This document shows positions 13,346 to 27,857 of a stretch of 64,000 nt of DNA, one piece after another; the stretch's first letter is position 1, and each line of letters begins with the position of its first letter. The stretch is from Octopus vulgaris. Lineage: Eukaryota. The stretch spans positions 103,912,001 through 103,976,000 of the forward strand of contig OX597822.1 in the NCBI GenBank assembly GCA_951406725.2, given 5' to 3'. The notes below the pieces were generated by a model, which saw nothing but the letters and a program-made list of their open reading frames with translations, searched no databases and was not told the origin of the DNA. The position numbers and the translations under genes were made by a program.

Positions 13346-13859
13346 CTATATATATAAATATATAATGCAAAATGGGACCAGAACGCAAAACTAGATGATA
13401 CAAAAAGGGACAACAAAACATCCAGATAGGCGATACAAAGAAAACAAGGCCGGGTCATTCGAAGTTTTCTATCTTCAGTCAAGAACCAGATTATCTTCGC
13501 ATTTTCGGCTGATTATTCTTGAGATTGCTCTAATCTGGCCAGCCCCAAGTAAAAACTAAGCTAAGAGCATTAGATTCCTTGGAAGAAAGCATCGAATATA
13601 TACAAAAACAAGGACGGAAAAAACGGACAGTGTTACACAAATATAAATACAATGAAATTTTTGTATCTCATCCGTAATGCTTCATTTCCACACGCGCCAG
13701 CTTAATTCAATTCGTCCGTCGTCGAAAGACAACTGTTGTTATGTCCTGTTATTATTTATTAAATTATATTTTCATTGTATTCATATTTGTGTAACATTGT
13801 CCGTTTTTTCCGTCATCGTTTTTGTAAATGGGTCCATAGGTGTCTCGGGGTCCTCACGT

Positions 13860-14200
13860 ATGACCCCCAAATGTAAATCAGTGTGTACAGCGTTTCTGGT
13901 GGTCTTTGGAGCAACTTTCATGGATGTTGTTGGGTCTTTCGAAATTTTGGCTTTGAGATATTTAAGAAATGCATTATCCCATTTTTTTAATTTATTCTTC
14001 CACTTCCTTGCTTTCTCTTGATGCTTCCCATATCGAACATTCGGTTCATAACTTTGTAGACAGTGCTCACAGAAGCCTCGACAGTCTGAACAATAGCAAC
14101 CCCCGTCACGAAGCAAATCTGCAATGTGTTGCCTCTTGGCTTCTTAAGTGGACATACTAGATCGTATGACTGGAATTTCTGCTTAAATTAACTCTATGTA
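13860..14200 (-). pseudogene. Tc1/mariner transposase N-terminal (HTH) relic
   Basis: KAKISKDPTTSMK...KTTRNAVHTDLHL resembles the second HTH of Tc1/mariner transposases. Confidence 0.5.
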
Positions 14201-14297
14201 CCTCCACCCTGAAATAAAAAATAAATTTCAGTATTTACGCTCATCAATATATGATAAATAAGGCTTCCAAAATATTCCAAATTCTACTTCCCAACCC

Positions 14298-14340
<43 letters not shown>

Positions 14341-14735
14341 TCATATATATATATATATATATAATATTATTCCAAACTTACAGGGAAAAATTCTATTTAG
14401 AAATACTAAATCAAATTTCACAAAATGTAATATATATATATATATATATAAAACACCTTTTATCAATTCAATGATGAAAAATTTAATTATACCATTTAGA
14501 AAATTATATATTATAGAAAGATTAAATATAAGAAAAAACATACAACGATAACTAAGTAATGTGCAAAATAATAAATAAAACGTATATATTTGGTATATAT
14601 ACGACGTATATATATTTATTTATTTGTATATGTATATGTGTGTGTGTGTGTGTGTGTATGTAAGCGTGCGTTAATGTGTGCGTGTACGCAACTGTGTATA
14701 TATGTGTGCTAATTTTTTTTCTATTTTTTTTGCAG

Positions 14736-15848
14736 GTAATGTGTAAACTGTACTACTTTGTTCACTACATGAGTTTGACGGTGCCGGTACTGCTTCTTAC
14801 CGTAATTTCAGTGGAACGATACATAGCTGTACTGTATCCTTTGAAGGCCAAGCAGATGTTCACATTTAGACGGCTGAAGATCTTGCAAGCAATTATCTGG
14901 TTATTCTTAATTATCTATAACTCTCCTCAACTTGTGGACTATGACACATTTGTTATTGGCAACAACACTTATTGCTACATACGTTCTGACAGTATCAACA
15001 CCAATGCGTATGTCCTAGCTAACCTTGTCATTTGGTACACTATTCCATTATCAGTGCTTACATTCATGTACGTCAAAATTGCTGCTGTACTTTGGCAAAG
15101 CAGCAGTTCTAAAAACTTTGTTTTGAATACTAGTTCTCAGACTTACAGAAAATGTGTTAGCGGAAAAAGTGGTTCTTCAAACCAAAAAGAGAATCAAAAC
15201 TATTATTCTCATTCCTGCAGAGAAATGAACGACAGAAAGTACGACAATCAAAATAAAGAATTTGTGTGTTCTGGTTATAAAGATATTTCTTTGGATAGAG
15301 ATAAATGCAAAGTAACTTTATCAAACAGAGAACCCTATTTAGAAAGTGAATGCATGTCGGAATGCGAAGGTGAAACTGATTGTGGGAGTAACACTGAGAT
15401 TTACTCAATAGACAGTCTAAATAGCGCTGGTTCATCAGTGAAAGGACACATAAGTAACAGAAACAGCCTTCAAAGAGTGACTCTTGTTAAAGAAACTTTA
15501 AGGCACAACAATATTTCGAGTCAGATATGCCCTGAACAGCATCATCAAAAAAATTATCCACGAGTTACTACACAGAAAGCGATCCAAGCCCGAAGAAAAG
15601 TCATCATTCTTCTTGTTATGATAATTGGTTCATTCGCTGTATTAGCTCTTCCCTATCATATCAGATCTTGTTTATACTTGTGGGCAGACACGCAATCTCT
15701 TGGAAGTCTATTTTCTCCAATATGTTATTTACTTTATTATGCAAACAGTGGTTTAAATCCTCTCCTCTATGCGCTGGTCTCTGATAATTTCAGAAAGAGT
15801 TTTAAAGACACTTTTACTTGTCGTGGTAATCGTCGTAGGAAAAAATAA
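14736..15848 (+). CDS. Terminal coding exon of the trissin-receptor-like GPCR (TM3-TM7, long ICL3, C-tail)
   Basis: Acceptor tttttttgcag at 14735, in frame with the upstream exon (LGK|VMCK). Contains ERY, TM5 YTIP, TM6 LPYH, TM7 NSGLNPLLY and a stop at 15846-15848. The subfamily call rests on remembered similarity to insect trissin receptors. Confidence 0.92.
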   Translation, partial: VMCKLYYFVHYMSLTVPVLLLTVISVERYIAVLYPLKAKQMFTFRRLKILQAIIWLFLIIYNSPQLVDYDTFVIGNNTYCYIRSDSINTNAYVLANLVIWYTIPLSVLTFMYVKIAAVLWQSSSSKNFVLNTSSQTYRKCVSGKSGSSNQKENQNYYSHSCREMNDRKYDNQNKEFVCSGYKDISLDRDKCKVTLSNREPYLESECMSECEGETDCGSNTEIYSIDSLNSAGSSVKGHISNRNSLQRVTLVKETLRHNNISSQICPEQHHQKNYPRVTTQKAIQARRKVIILLVMIIGSFAVLALPYHIRSCLYLWADTQSLGSLFSPICYLLYYANSGLNPLLYALVSDNFRKSFKDTFTCRGNRRRKK

Positions 15849-16266
15849 TCAGAAAACGTACAAATAATGTTGTCATCGTCGTTGGTTTTGTTGTTTCATT
15901 CTCGGTTAACTTTTATTGACCCGACTTACCATCAGATACTTTCCATTGATAAAAATGGCTGGAATACATTTGTGTGCAGCAACATGTCACTGAATTTGTC
16001 TCCTGTTCTCATTAAATTATTAAACGTTTACCTCTACATATACTTTGAAATATAGAAAAAAAAAAATGATCGTGTATCCCATCCATAGGAAGAAACAATC
16101 CTTCTTATTCTACCAACAACCAGCCTGTTGCTCTTTCATGTCCAGCATTTCTCAAGTTTTGAAAGTGATTCGAACAGATCACTCAATACTCCATTTTGAA
16201 CTTTTCCCTGGATTCTGAAATGATAGAAAGAAATGGAAAATTATTGTTAAACATTTACACATCAGT

Positions 16267-16272
16267 AATAAA
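16267..16272 (+). terminator. Candidate polyadenylation signal of the GPCR
   Basis: AATAAA about 420 nt after the stop, followed by GT/T-rich sequence. Confidence 0.35.
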
Positions 16273-16474
16273 GTTTGTGAAATCTACAATTGTGTTTGGC
16301 TAAGTGATCACTGATTACGGTCGAATATCTTCAGGCACTAAATGTTTACCTTAAAAATTTGTATACAGGTGTTCTTTTTTTTTTTTACCAGAACAAACGT
16401 TTACAGTGTATACATTGATACGACTTTTTTAAACTGATATTCCTTTGACTTAAATCTGCTTTTCCCTTAAAGTT

Positions 16475-16840
<366 letters not shown>

Positions 16841-17545
16841 TTTCTTCTTTTCATGCATATTTTGTTTTTATATGTGTTACATTTAGTATTTAAAATAATT
16901 CATTGTAACAAAACTGTGCATACTATACTGATTCAACCAACGCTGCTTGTTTATGGAGTCACCAGTCATATCCTCTCAACTCAGATGTATAGAATTTGAT
17001 TATCTCATCGATTCCTTTCTTTACTGTAGTTATCTAGCTACGGAAATCCCTAAATAAACTACATCCTTAGGCTATTGTGCAGTAGCTTGATCATTTTCCA
17101 CGAATAGAGATGTTCAAAACTTATTTAATATTCATTTTACAGATTAGTATCTTAAAACTAATTCTAAAAGCAACAAACATCCCCAATAGCCTTTCATGGA
17201 AACTGCAAGTGTTTCACCAAAACCAAATATAAAATATTAAAAAAAAAACTGGATTTCCTCTTAAAGAAGCCTCAAATACTATGGGTAGGATGATCTTTTG
17301 ACCCATTATAAAACTCAAAATGTTGACATCTAACCTTCTTCTCACATCTGAGTTGCTGCATTCTCCGTAGACAAGCACATGCGTTTGAGGTTATGTTGTA
17401 ATAAAGTTCTTTGAGAAGAAAACTTACAATGTCTCACATTTTAATTAAAAAGCTGCCGATCAACCATTACGTGACACCTCGTCAAGATCTCTTTCGTTTC
17501 TGCTATTGTAATCAATGTTCATTATAAAGTTGTGCAAGATCACAA

Positions 17546-17919
17546 TCTAATAAAACCTCCTTCCAGTCTCTCTCTCTGTCTCGGTCCCTTTCGTTGGTAC
17601 CAAAATAATCTCTGCTTGAAGCCACGTCGTAAAAAAATCCGATTTCTTAAGAAGAAACCCTAGAATGTTACACATCCTACAAACCATCGTATAACAAACC
17701 TCTCAAGGCCTCTTTTCTTTCTACAGAGGTAATCTCTATCTTACACCATTCTACGAGGGGATAGGAACCCCTTTACACGGCTTTCTATACACTTACAAAT
17801 ACATTCATTCGCCGTAAACTTATATCAATATTTGCCTGAATAATCATCATAATTCAGTGCAATCATTAACATTACTTTCAAGCAATTCAGCCCCGAGCAA
17901 CGTCGGGCAATTCTGCTAG
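17546..17919 (+). mobile_element. Non-autonomous Helitron
   Basis: 3' hairpin CCCGAGCAACGTCGGG then CTAG|T. Probable 5' end A|TCTAATAAAA, less certain. Confidence 0.65.
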
Positions 17920-18396
17920 TCTTTTATAAAATCATCTTTCAACAGCGTCTAACTGTGAAAGAATCATATACGTATCCCCATCTGTAAATCAGACTATGTT
18001 TACCCACCAATACTTATGTTTACCTGAAAATACCTGCGTTTAGTATCTAATACGTGTTAGCTGACAACATTTCGGTCAGTCTATCCATATAAAGAAAGCA
18101 GCTCTCTATAAGTACATTTTTGTTGGTAAATGCACTCAAAGCCAGTACAATGCCATGTATTTAATATATAAACGCGTCGCAATCATTTCTGTAACACAAA
18201 TCCTGTAGGCTTCAAAAGAGCTATGAAGACCAACACGGTTTTAGTGCTCGTCCCCATAGCTCTTTATAAAGGCATAGGCGTGGCTTCTTTTGCAACCACG
18301 TGGTTCCTAGATCAGTCTCACAACGCATCAATTTAGGCAACTTCTGCACGACATATGTGAGTTAAACTGGTAGACGGCAAATGTATGGAAGTTCTG

Positions 18397-18486
<90 letters not shown>

Positions 18487-18658
18487 TGAATGTATGTATG
18501 TATGTGTATGTATGTATGTATGAATGTGTGTATGTATGTATGTATGAATGTGTGTATGTATGTATGTATGTATGTATGTATGTATGTATGTATGTGTGTA
18601 TGTATGTATGTATGTGTGTATGTATGTATGTATGTATGTATGAATGTATGTATGTATG

Positions 18659-18737
<79 letters not shown>

Positions 18738-18749
18738 GAATGTAAGTAT

Positions 18750-19381
18750 ATATCTATCTATCTATCCGCTCAGTCGAAGTCGAATCTCGGTCACTCGTTG
18801 GATCAGTGTCCTCAAGTCAGTTCTATCCTGGGCCGCTTCTTTCAGATTGGCTATGTCCATTCCGGTATCACTCTTGATGGTGTCAAGCCAGCGGGTTCTT
18901 GGTCGGCCTTTTTCCTCTCTTGCCACTGACCATTCCGAGCATGATGTCCTTCTCCAGGGATTTTCTCCGCATGACATGACCGAAATATGCCAATCCTAGC
19001 TTGGTGATCCTAGCTTCTAGCGATAGTTTCGGCCTTATCTGCTTAAGAACTTCTCCATTGGTGAGCCTCGCTGTCCATGGAATCCGTAAAAGTCTTCTCC
19101 AACACTAAAGCTCAAATGCATTAATTCTCTTCTGATCAGCTTTCTTTAGTGTCCAGGTCTCGCATCCATATGTTGCTATTATGAAGACAATTGCATTCAC
19201 CAATCTGCATTTGGTAGCGTGTCTGATGGCTCTACTCTTCCAGACCCTGCTAATGCTGACCATTGCCTCTCTGCCTAGTACTATCCGCCGTCTTATTTCT
19301 GGAGTGCAGTCACCATCTCGATTTATTTTGGAGCCAAGGAAGATGAAATCATCAACCACTTCGATCTCTTCATTATCGATC
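18750..19381 (-). mobile_element. RTE-like LINE 3' fragment with (ATAG)n tail
   Basis: FIFLGSKI...EIRRRI...YGCETWTL and GRPRTRWLD motifs. Confidence 0.85.
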
Positions 19382-19396
19382 TTGTGTGCTCGTATG

Positions 19397-19461
<65 letters not shown>

Positions 19462-19465
19462 ATAG

Positions 19466-19755
19466 ATAAATGAAAGAATGGAGTTGAACGACGATTTAAC
19501 AAAATTCCTTTATTCTCGACATGTTTCGAAGGCTGCATATTCCTATGTCGAGAATAAAGGAATCTTGTTAAATCGTCGTTCAACTCCATTCTTTCATTTA
19601 TTTGTATTTAAAAAAACACACAAATTTCCACACGAAAGCACTTGATCTCTGCCCTTGGCATGTAGCTTCAACCGTGTTTTTCTGACGTGAATTTGCTACC
19701 CAGGTATCGGTTAACCGAATTATCCATAATAAGATAATTCCTTCAATTACTTATA
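19466..19755. mobile_element. Rearranged fold-back copy of the hammerhead element at 27340-27646
   Basis: 19466-19522 is inverted at 19545-19601. Minus strand has the GAAAC-AT-GTC half ribozyme. 19643-19730 is the reverse complement of 27364-27449. Confidence 0.8.
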
Positions 19756-20042
19756 TATATTCATTTGTTCTTTTATTTGTTTCAGTTATTTAACTGACGC
19801 CTTGCTAGAGCACCGCCTTTTAGTCGAAAGAATCGAACCCTAGACTTATTCTTTGTAAGATTAGTGCCTATTCTATCTAACTCTTCTGCCGAACCGCTAA
19901 GTTACGGAGACGTAAACACACCAACATCCTATATTAATAGTAGATTTATCACCATTCACTTAGGGACTGGTAACCACTATAAGCTGTGGTTTGGAATAGT
20001 TCACACGTGTGCTGAGGCTAGTTAAAGGATTTTATATTTAGA

Positions 20043-20444
20043 CTAGCAGTATCGCCGCCCGGCGTTGCTCGGGTTTGTAAGGGAAATAACTATATAAGCA
20101 TTTTTAGAGAGTTATAGCCAAAAAATAGCAAAAAAAAATGCATTAAAAATGGAAAAAAAATGATGGTAAATTTTTTTTAAATCGTTGACTCATCGTAGAC
20201 ATTTTTAGAGAGTTACTTCCCTTACATAATAGCGAAAAAATGCATTAAAATGGGAAAAAATGATGGTAAATTATTTTTAAAATCGTAGACTCATCGTAGA
20301 CGCGCGCTAATACCCAGAAGGGCTCGATATGAATCACGACTATAAGATACCCGCTTTTGGTTACATTGCACCGCAAAATGTGGGAGTAGTTAGGAATCTA
20401 AATCGGAGTAGACAGACACACAACCTTTCTTTTATATATAAAGA
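20043..20444 (-). mobile_element. Non-autonomous Helitron
   Basis: Minus strand A|TC...hairpin CCCGAGCAACGCCGGG...CTAG|T, no TSD. Confidence 0.85.
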
Positions 20445-20836
20445 TATAACTGGGGTACTTATGTGTACACATGACTTTTGCTTCTGCTTCTTTCTATGGG
20501 TGCGTATAAGTATTTCATTTATTTCTTATCGTATTTTCTACTGATGAGGATAAAAATCCATGGGCTTTAACTCCCAAATTGATTCAATATAGAAATAACG
20601 AACTTTTTTTTTTTTTAAATTCTGTTCACTGGCTTCCCGATTTCAGCACAACGTGTATTTATAATTAGTCAGTGTATAATGATATGTGGAAATTGACGAG
20701 TTAAAGTCTGTTATCAGCATATTGGCATAGAAATAATTTTTCTTTTGCCGTTGTTTATAATTTTAACCTTTAAAGGTATTTCAATATGATGCCACTTTTT
20801 GATGAAATTTTTTTCTGAAAAAAATGTCATCCTATG

Positions 20837-20902
<66 letters not shown>

Positions 20903-22030
20903 AGAGAGAGAGAGAGAGAGAGAGATAGACATACATACATACATACATATATGCACACACGCACACATATTTAAAATTTCTAAATTATTGAAATTCTCAT
21001 TTTGGAAAAAGAAACCTGAACGTAGAGGTTATTATTAGCCACTATTAAAGAAAAGGGAGAGTAGTTTTTCTCTCCTTTAAAATGAGAAAAAGTAACAAAA
21101 AAAAACACAAAAAAAACCCCAATCAGAATAAAATAATATTAACTAAGGAAAATAACCTCAGTGGACCAATGTCATGAATTAAAAAAAAGAGAAGCAATTG
21201 ACTGCAAGAAATAAGTAAAAAGACTTTCTCCGTTAACTGAAATTTACCTCTTAGCTGGAGAAAAAGAAACAAAATTTAGCTGCGATTTTTAATTCTTTAC
21301 TCGATTCACTACTTCAGCTGTAGTAATTTGGGGGCACCGCCTTGAAGGGGCTACTTAAACAAATTACCCCGGAATATATTTTAAGTCTGGTATTTATTTC
21401 ATTGCCTGCATTTGCTGTGATTTGAACAAACCTTCCCTAGCTGTCATGTAGTGGGGCGACAAATACATAGGTATATACGTAGACATTTATATGCAAAAAT
21501 TACACACGCACACACGCACACAAATAGATTTAGTTGAAGGGCTTCCGCACCATTCCTGTGAACCAAATTCATTCGCAAGGGATCGACTATCTTGCGGCTA
21601 CTTGTAGAAGACTCGTGATCAAAATCTCATGCAGTGAAACAGACGCTTAAACCTCGTGATTACCAAGAGAATTTCTCAACCGCTCAGACGAGCCAGCGTT
21701 AAAATTTTAGTGACTCTCACGTAAAGCGAAAAACATTCAAGGAAATTAAAATTTCAACTTTCAAAAATTAGTTGACAAGCCTGGGGGAAAATATCAAAAT
21801 TTCTCGGAATGTGAATTAATCATTTAAAAATAAAAACTATAAATAAAGATTATCGGTTCAATCGACTTCAGAAAAAAAAAAATAGTGTGATATTTTGGCA
21901 AACAGAAAAAGCCAAAAAGTCATGAAGAATATCAAACAAGGAAAAAAATGCTAGACTTTGGAAATAAGAGTTTGAGAATGACGCATATACAGGCGTGGGG
22001 TGTTGCTGTGTGGTAAAATGTTTGCTTTTA

Positions 22031-22232
22031 CGGCGAGCTGGCAGAAACGTTAGCATGCCGGGCGAAATGCTTAGCGGTATTTCGTCTGCGTTAGGTTGTG
22101 AGTTCAAATTCCGCCGAGGTCGACTTTGCCTTTCATCCTTTCGGGGTCGATAAATTAACTACCAGTTACGCACTGGGGTCTATGTAATCGACTTACTACC
22201 TATGTCTGTCCTTGTTTGTCCCCTCTGTGTTT
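22031..22232 (+). mobile_element. SINE family C, nested in the head of a decayed SINE-B
   Basis: Family C consensus; ggtaaaatgtttgctttt is duplicated on both sides. Confidence 0.8.
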
Positions 22233-22427
22233 TTATAATAAATAGGTAAAATGTTTGCTTTTCACACGGCTTCTGGTTCAGTCCTGCTGTGTGCTACCAC
22301 AAAAACAAAAAAAAAAAAAATAATAGCGCAAGTTGTCTTAAACAGAGCTCCAGAATGACCCATACAAAGACATAGGTGTGGCTATGTGGTAAGCCTTGTG
22401 ACGGAAACTCAAAGAAGCCGATCGTGT

Positions 22428-22883
<456 letters not shown>

Positions 22884-23125
22884 TTGTGTGCGTGCGTGTA
22901 TGTGCATGTGTTGTGCTTCTGTTTGTTCCTCAGTGCAGCTTCACAACGGACGTTGGTGTGTTTAGGTTTCCGTTACCTAGCGGTTCGGCCAGCGATAGTG
23001 ATGGAAGAAGTACTAGGCTTAAAAAAATAAATACTGAGGTCGATGTTTTCTACTCAAATTTATCAGGGCGGTGTTCTAGCATGGCTGCAGCCTAATGAAT
23101 GAAATAAGTGAAAGATAAAAGATTC

Positions 23126-23451
<326 letters not shown>

Positions 23452-23679
23452 GTATATATATATATATATATGTGTTCAGTGATTAAATTGTCGTCTAAGT
23501 TTCGCAAAAAGGAAAATATCACTCACATCTCCTTTTAACAATTACATTAAAATATCTTGAAAACCTAGAGTAAATTTGTGAGGTATACTAGCCATCTCAA
23601 TATCTCACATTGTCGTGCAGTTAATGTTTACATCTCGTTCAGAGATTTATTATTGCTAGAGTAAATTTATTTCAATAAA

Positions 23680-24170
23680 TTCGCCATTGGCTTCAACTAC
23701 AGCCTCCAGATGACTTAGGAATCTCCTGCAACTCTTCTGGATGGGCTCCTTATTTTAAGTAGGTGAATGCTGCTATAATCTTTGCTTTAAGTTCATCGTT
23801 GGTGTTACAAGGAGATTTGTTAGTCTCCCGCTCAAGTGCGCCCCACATATAATATTCAAAGAGTTTGCAGTCTGGGTACTTATGGTCAAATGTTGGTGGT
23901 GATGTGGTCGCAGAAATTGTCTGGCAGTCTTGACTAGGTTCTTCAGCTCGTGTGGCATGCTGCAGAGTCCTGTTGGTAGACATAGAGTCCTCCAACAGCC
24001 ACTCTCTTGACTCAGGGCGCAGCACTACCTCCTTAAGGCACTTAATGTAGACCTCCATGTTGAGTTTGAGGCGGTGTGGAAAGATAAATGGAGGCATAAC
24101 ATCGCTATCACTAGTGATCACTCTAAACATCATGATGTTGGCTGGATGTTTGATTTTTTTATCACTCTCG
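23680..24170 (-). pseudogene. Tc1/mariner transposase catalytic-domain relic
   Basis: VMPPFIFP..LKLNMEVYIKCL and PDCKLFEYYMWGALERETNK (decayed SPDxNPxD motif). Confidence 0.8.
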
Positions 24171-24758
24171 GTACATGTTTTGCGTTTGTGCGTGTGTATG
24201 TGTGTCTATGTGAGTGTGAGTAATTGTGTATATCTGTCTGTACACTACCGCTTGGAAACCGGTGTTGGTTTGTTGACATAACATAGCAGTTTCATCAAAG
24301 TCACAAACTTTGTACTGATGACAATTATTTCGATTAAACTCTTCAATACGATACTCCGCCTGGTTCTCATTAGGAAGGCTCAAACTAATAAAAGAAAAAA
24401 TAAAAGATATGTATGCATATATGCATACATAAATACATACATATATGTGTGTGTGTGTATATATACATATGTGGTTGCATGTGTATGTGTACATATACAT
24501 ATATATAAAGATGCATTCATATGTGTTTGCATATAGATATCTATATCTATTTCTATTCATCTCTCTCCATCCTCTCCTCTCCCACTTTCTCTTTGCGTAT
24601 ATATACTGATGTATGTATATTGTTTAGTAGAAGAAAACTAGTACTGATGACAATTTTCAAAGCCTCTGAGACTGGTTTAGAAAGTTATATTCAAGTCCTC
24701 TCTCTCTGTCTCTCTGTTTCTCTTTCTTTCTTTCTTTCTCTCTCTCAATATACATATG

Positions 24759-24861
<103 letters not shown>

Positions 24862-25152
24862 AAATCAGAAGACCCTTCAAAGTTACGGAGAGAAAGCGAC
24901 TATGGAAATCTATTAATACAATAATAACTATAATAATATATCAATAATAATAATAATATATATATATATATACATTCTCCGATTTAAAGTGACATGTATA
25001 TATAGACAAAGTGGCTGAAAAATAATGAGCTAACCCTAACTCACATATCAAATATTACTCGGCTACATGTCCATCTTATTGTACCAAACGGTCACCCGGT
25101 ATGCATGTCGTTTAAAATCTGAGAATATACATACATACATGCATATACATAT

Positions 25153-25223
<71 letters not shown>

Positions 25224-25272
25224 GATATTATAGTTATTACTGTACATATACATGTGTGTGTATATACATACA

Positions 25273-25358
<86 letters not shown>

Positions 25359-25480
25359 CAGATTTACAAGCAAAAATACCGTGTTGTTGATGTTGAAATT
25401 CTAATGAAAGAGCCTTGGATCTTGGTTCGAAATTGGGTCTTTCTCTATTGGCAAGAAATTTTGAAATAAAACAAAACAAT

Positions 25481-25550
<70 letters not shown>

Positions 25551-25582
25551 CAAAATAAGCAACAAGAATATCTTCGGTAATT

Positions 25583-25664
25583 TGGTACGATCGTTTCATG
25601 CTACATCATTTTATTAAACATTGTTTTAAACATCAGTTTTAAAATGTTGATCAATCTTCAGCCA
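25583..25664 (-). ncRNA. Type I hammerhead motif (left arm of palindrome 25543-25800)
   Basis: tgg-CTGAAGA-long stem II-GAAAC-GATC-GTA-cca. Confidence 0.65.
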
Positions 25665-25678
25665 TTTATAGAAGTCTT

Positions 25679-25759
25679 CTGAAGATTGCTCAACATTTTA
25701 AAACTGATGTGATACTTACAATGTTTAATAAAATGATGTAGCATGAAACGATCGTACCA
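25679..25759 (+). ncRNA. Hammerhead motif, right arm (5' strand of stem I lost)
   Basis: CTGAAGA 25679-25685, stem II tgct..catttt/aaaatg..agca, GAAAC-GATC-GTA 25745-25756. Confidence 0.55.
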
Positions 25760-25821
25760 AATTACCGAAGATATTCTTGTTACTTATTTTTATTATATAT
25801 ATGTTTATGTATGTATGTATG

Positions 25822-25883
<62 letters not shown>

Positions 25884-26634
25884 GTATTTTTCACACGTTG
25901 TCTAAAATATATATAATAAACATATTTGCAACATTTTTACTTCATAGTGTAACGTCCTTTTTGTTTAACTGGATGAAGACTGCAGATAAAATAACAGAAA
26001 CCTTCTAGAATTTAATATTTTTAAACACTTGTAAACTTAAACTAACAGTTCTTACTGCTGTGATATTTAGTTTTCTTGGATATCTCTAATATAGTATCAG
26101 TGTAAAATAAAGTCTGTTTATTTTCTCACCTTATTGCGTTTGTGCGTATGTTTTATTGTGTGTCTGTTTATGCTTTGAAAGAAAATGTACAGGCTTATAT
26201 ATTTCTGTTTTTTATTGCACTATTCATTTTATTGCTTTCGTGTTTGTATGCATTTGAAAATTTTTCCTTTATGTAGTATTTTAATATGCGTATGTATGGT
26301 TGTGTGTATATTTGTGGATGCGTGTTTACTCATATTAAGATAATGCATTTTGGTGCTGCTCCATATGACTTAAAGTTTTCTGGGCCCGTATCCATTTCAT
26401 TCTGTAGTTAACCCAGGGGTTTACTCTTTTAAGCTCATAAACGGATAGAGGCTCCACTTATTACTGATCACATTTCCGAAAATCCATATTCTAAGAATGA
26501 ATTATGAATAATAAGACATAGGCATACGCACATATACGTCTGCATTCTTGTTTACACACACACACACATATGTATGTATATATGTATGTATGTGTGCGTG
26601 TGTTTTTGTGTGTGTATGCGTAGCTGTATATATA

Positions 26635-26711
<77 letters not shown>

Positions 26712-26786
26712 GTATATAGATAGATATTCATATATATATATATATATGTATATATATATGTATATATATATGTATATAGATAGATA

Positions 26787-26866
<80 letters not shown>

Positions 26867-27050
26867 TAGATAGATAGATATTTATATATATATATAATAT
26901 ATATATATAATACCTGCCGTAGTCTCCTTTAGAGAGAATTAAAAATAATGATATTTCTATTTTTGAAAACCAGTGGATGTATTCAACAGAATTTAGGTAA
27001 ATAATCCTTCGAACAGTCGGTCGGCAGCGACGCCTACTGGGTTCGGCTAC

Positions 27051-27093
27051 TCCATATTGATAAGAGGCAACCACCTCGAAACTAGTCTGTGGA
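27051..27093 (+). ncRNA. Minimal hammerhead with U3-A8 core, in a TA-flanked element (about 26910-27255)
   Basis: tccata-TTGATAA-gagg/caacca/cctc-GAAAC-TA-GTC-tgtgga: 6-bp stem I, 4-bp stem II. Confidence 0.75.
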
Positions 27094-27254
27094 TGCCAGA
27101 CCAGGAAGGAGAAGCTGCTGACCTCCCCTGTTCGAAGGTTATAATCGACACAGTTTTGTGTGTCACATACCTAACTAGAGGCGATGGCCTCTTGGAGCTA
27201 ATCAACGGCAGCATTCGTCCTATTTTTCTGGACTACATTGTTAGCGATAACTAT

Positions 27255-27337
<83 letters not shown>

Positions 27338-27512
27338 TTAAGTAGTTGAATGAATTATCCTAGTATGGATAATTCGGTTAACCGATACCCGGGTAGCAAA
27401 TTCACGTCAGAAAAACACGGTTGAAGCTACATGCCAAGGGCAGAGATCACGCTATGGACTCTGTGTGGGCAGTCATCTAAAAGGTTTTTGTTCATCATGA
27501 TGCTGACATAAG

Positions 27513-27611
27513 TTCCTTGTCTTTCCTGATGAGAAGGCGGCATAATGCACCCCTTATTCCTTAGAAATTAGGAATATGCAGTCTTCGAAACATATGTCGA
27601 GAATAAAGGAA
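27513..27611 (+). ncRNA. Type I hammerhead with extended stem II, in a TA-flanked element (27340-27646)
   Basis: tttc-CTGATGA(27526-27532)-gaaggc..gtcttc-GAAAC-ATAT-GTC(27596-27598)-gaga; outer helix ttcctt/aaggaa. Confidence 0.8.
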
Positions 27612-27756
27612 TTTTGTTAAATCGTCGTTCAACTCCATTCTTTCATATATATATATATATATATATATATGTAGGTCCTAGGGTGAGTCGGGGTTAACCA
27701 CAGTAAATAAGGTACTCAATACATAGCAGAGTAAATTAATTTATTTTATAGAAGGA

Positions 27757-27805
27757 GCTTCTACAGGACTAGAACTGTTTCATTTAAAAGAAATCATCAG
27801 GAAGC
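27757..27805 (-). ncRNA. Type I hammerhead, left member of a head-to-head pair
   Basis: Reverse complement of 27809-27857 with one substitution in stem II. Confidence 0.7.
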
Positions 27806-27808
27806 ACT

Positions 27809-27857
27809 GCTTCCTGATGATTTCTTTTGAATGAAACAGTTCTAGTCCTGTAGAAGC
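27809..27857 (+). ncRNA. Type I hammerhead, right member of a head-to-head pair
   Basis: gcttc-CTGATGA-tttc/tttt/gaat-GAAACAG-ttctagtc-CTGTA-gaagc: 5-bp stem I, 4-bp stem III, GUA site. Confidence 0.8.

Noticed and set aside
14676-14735. N-terminal part of the 390-aa ORF as the protein start
   Set aside because: Intronic TG repeat and polypyrimidine tract; homology begins after the AG at 14735.
20541-20560. CTGATGA-GGAT-aaaa-ATCC hammerhead start
   Set aside because: The GAAA, stem III and cleavage site are absent; at most a broken remnant.
25395-25445. CTAATGA...gagcc/ggttc-GAAA..GTC hammerhead-like motif in a TA-flanked element
   Set aside because: G5 is mutated and stems I and III do not register; possibly decayed but unsupported.
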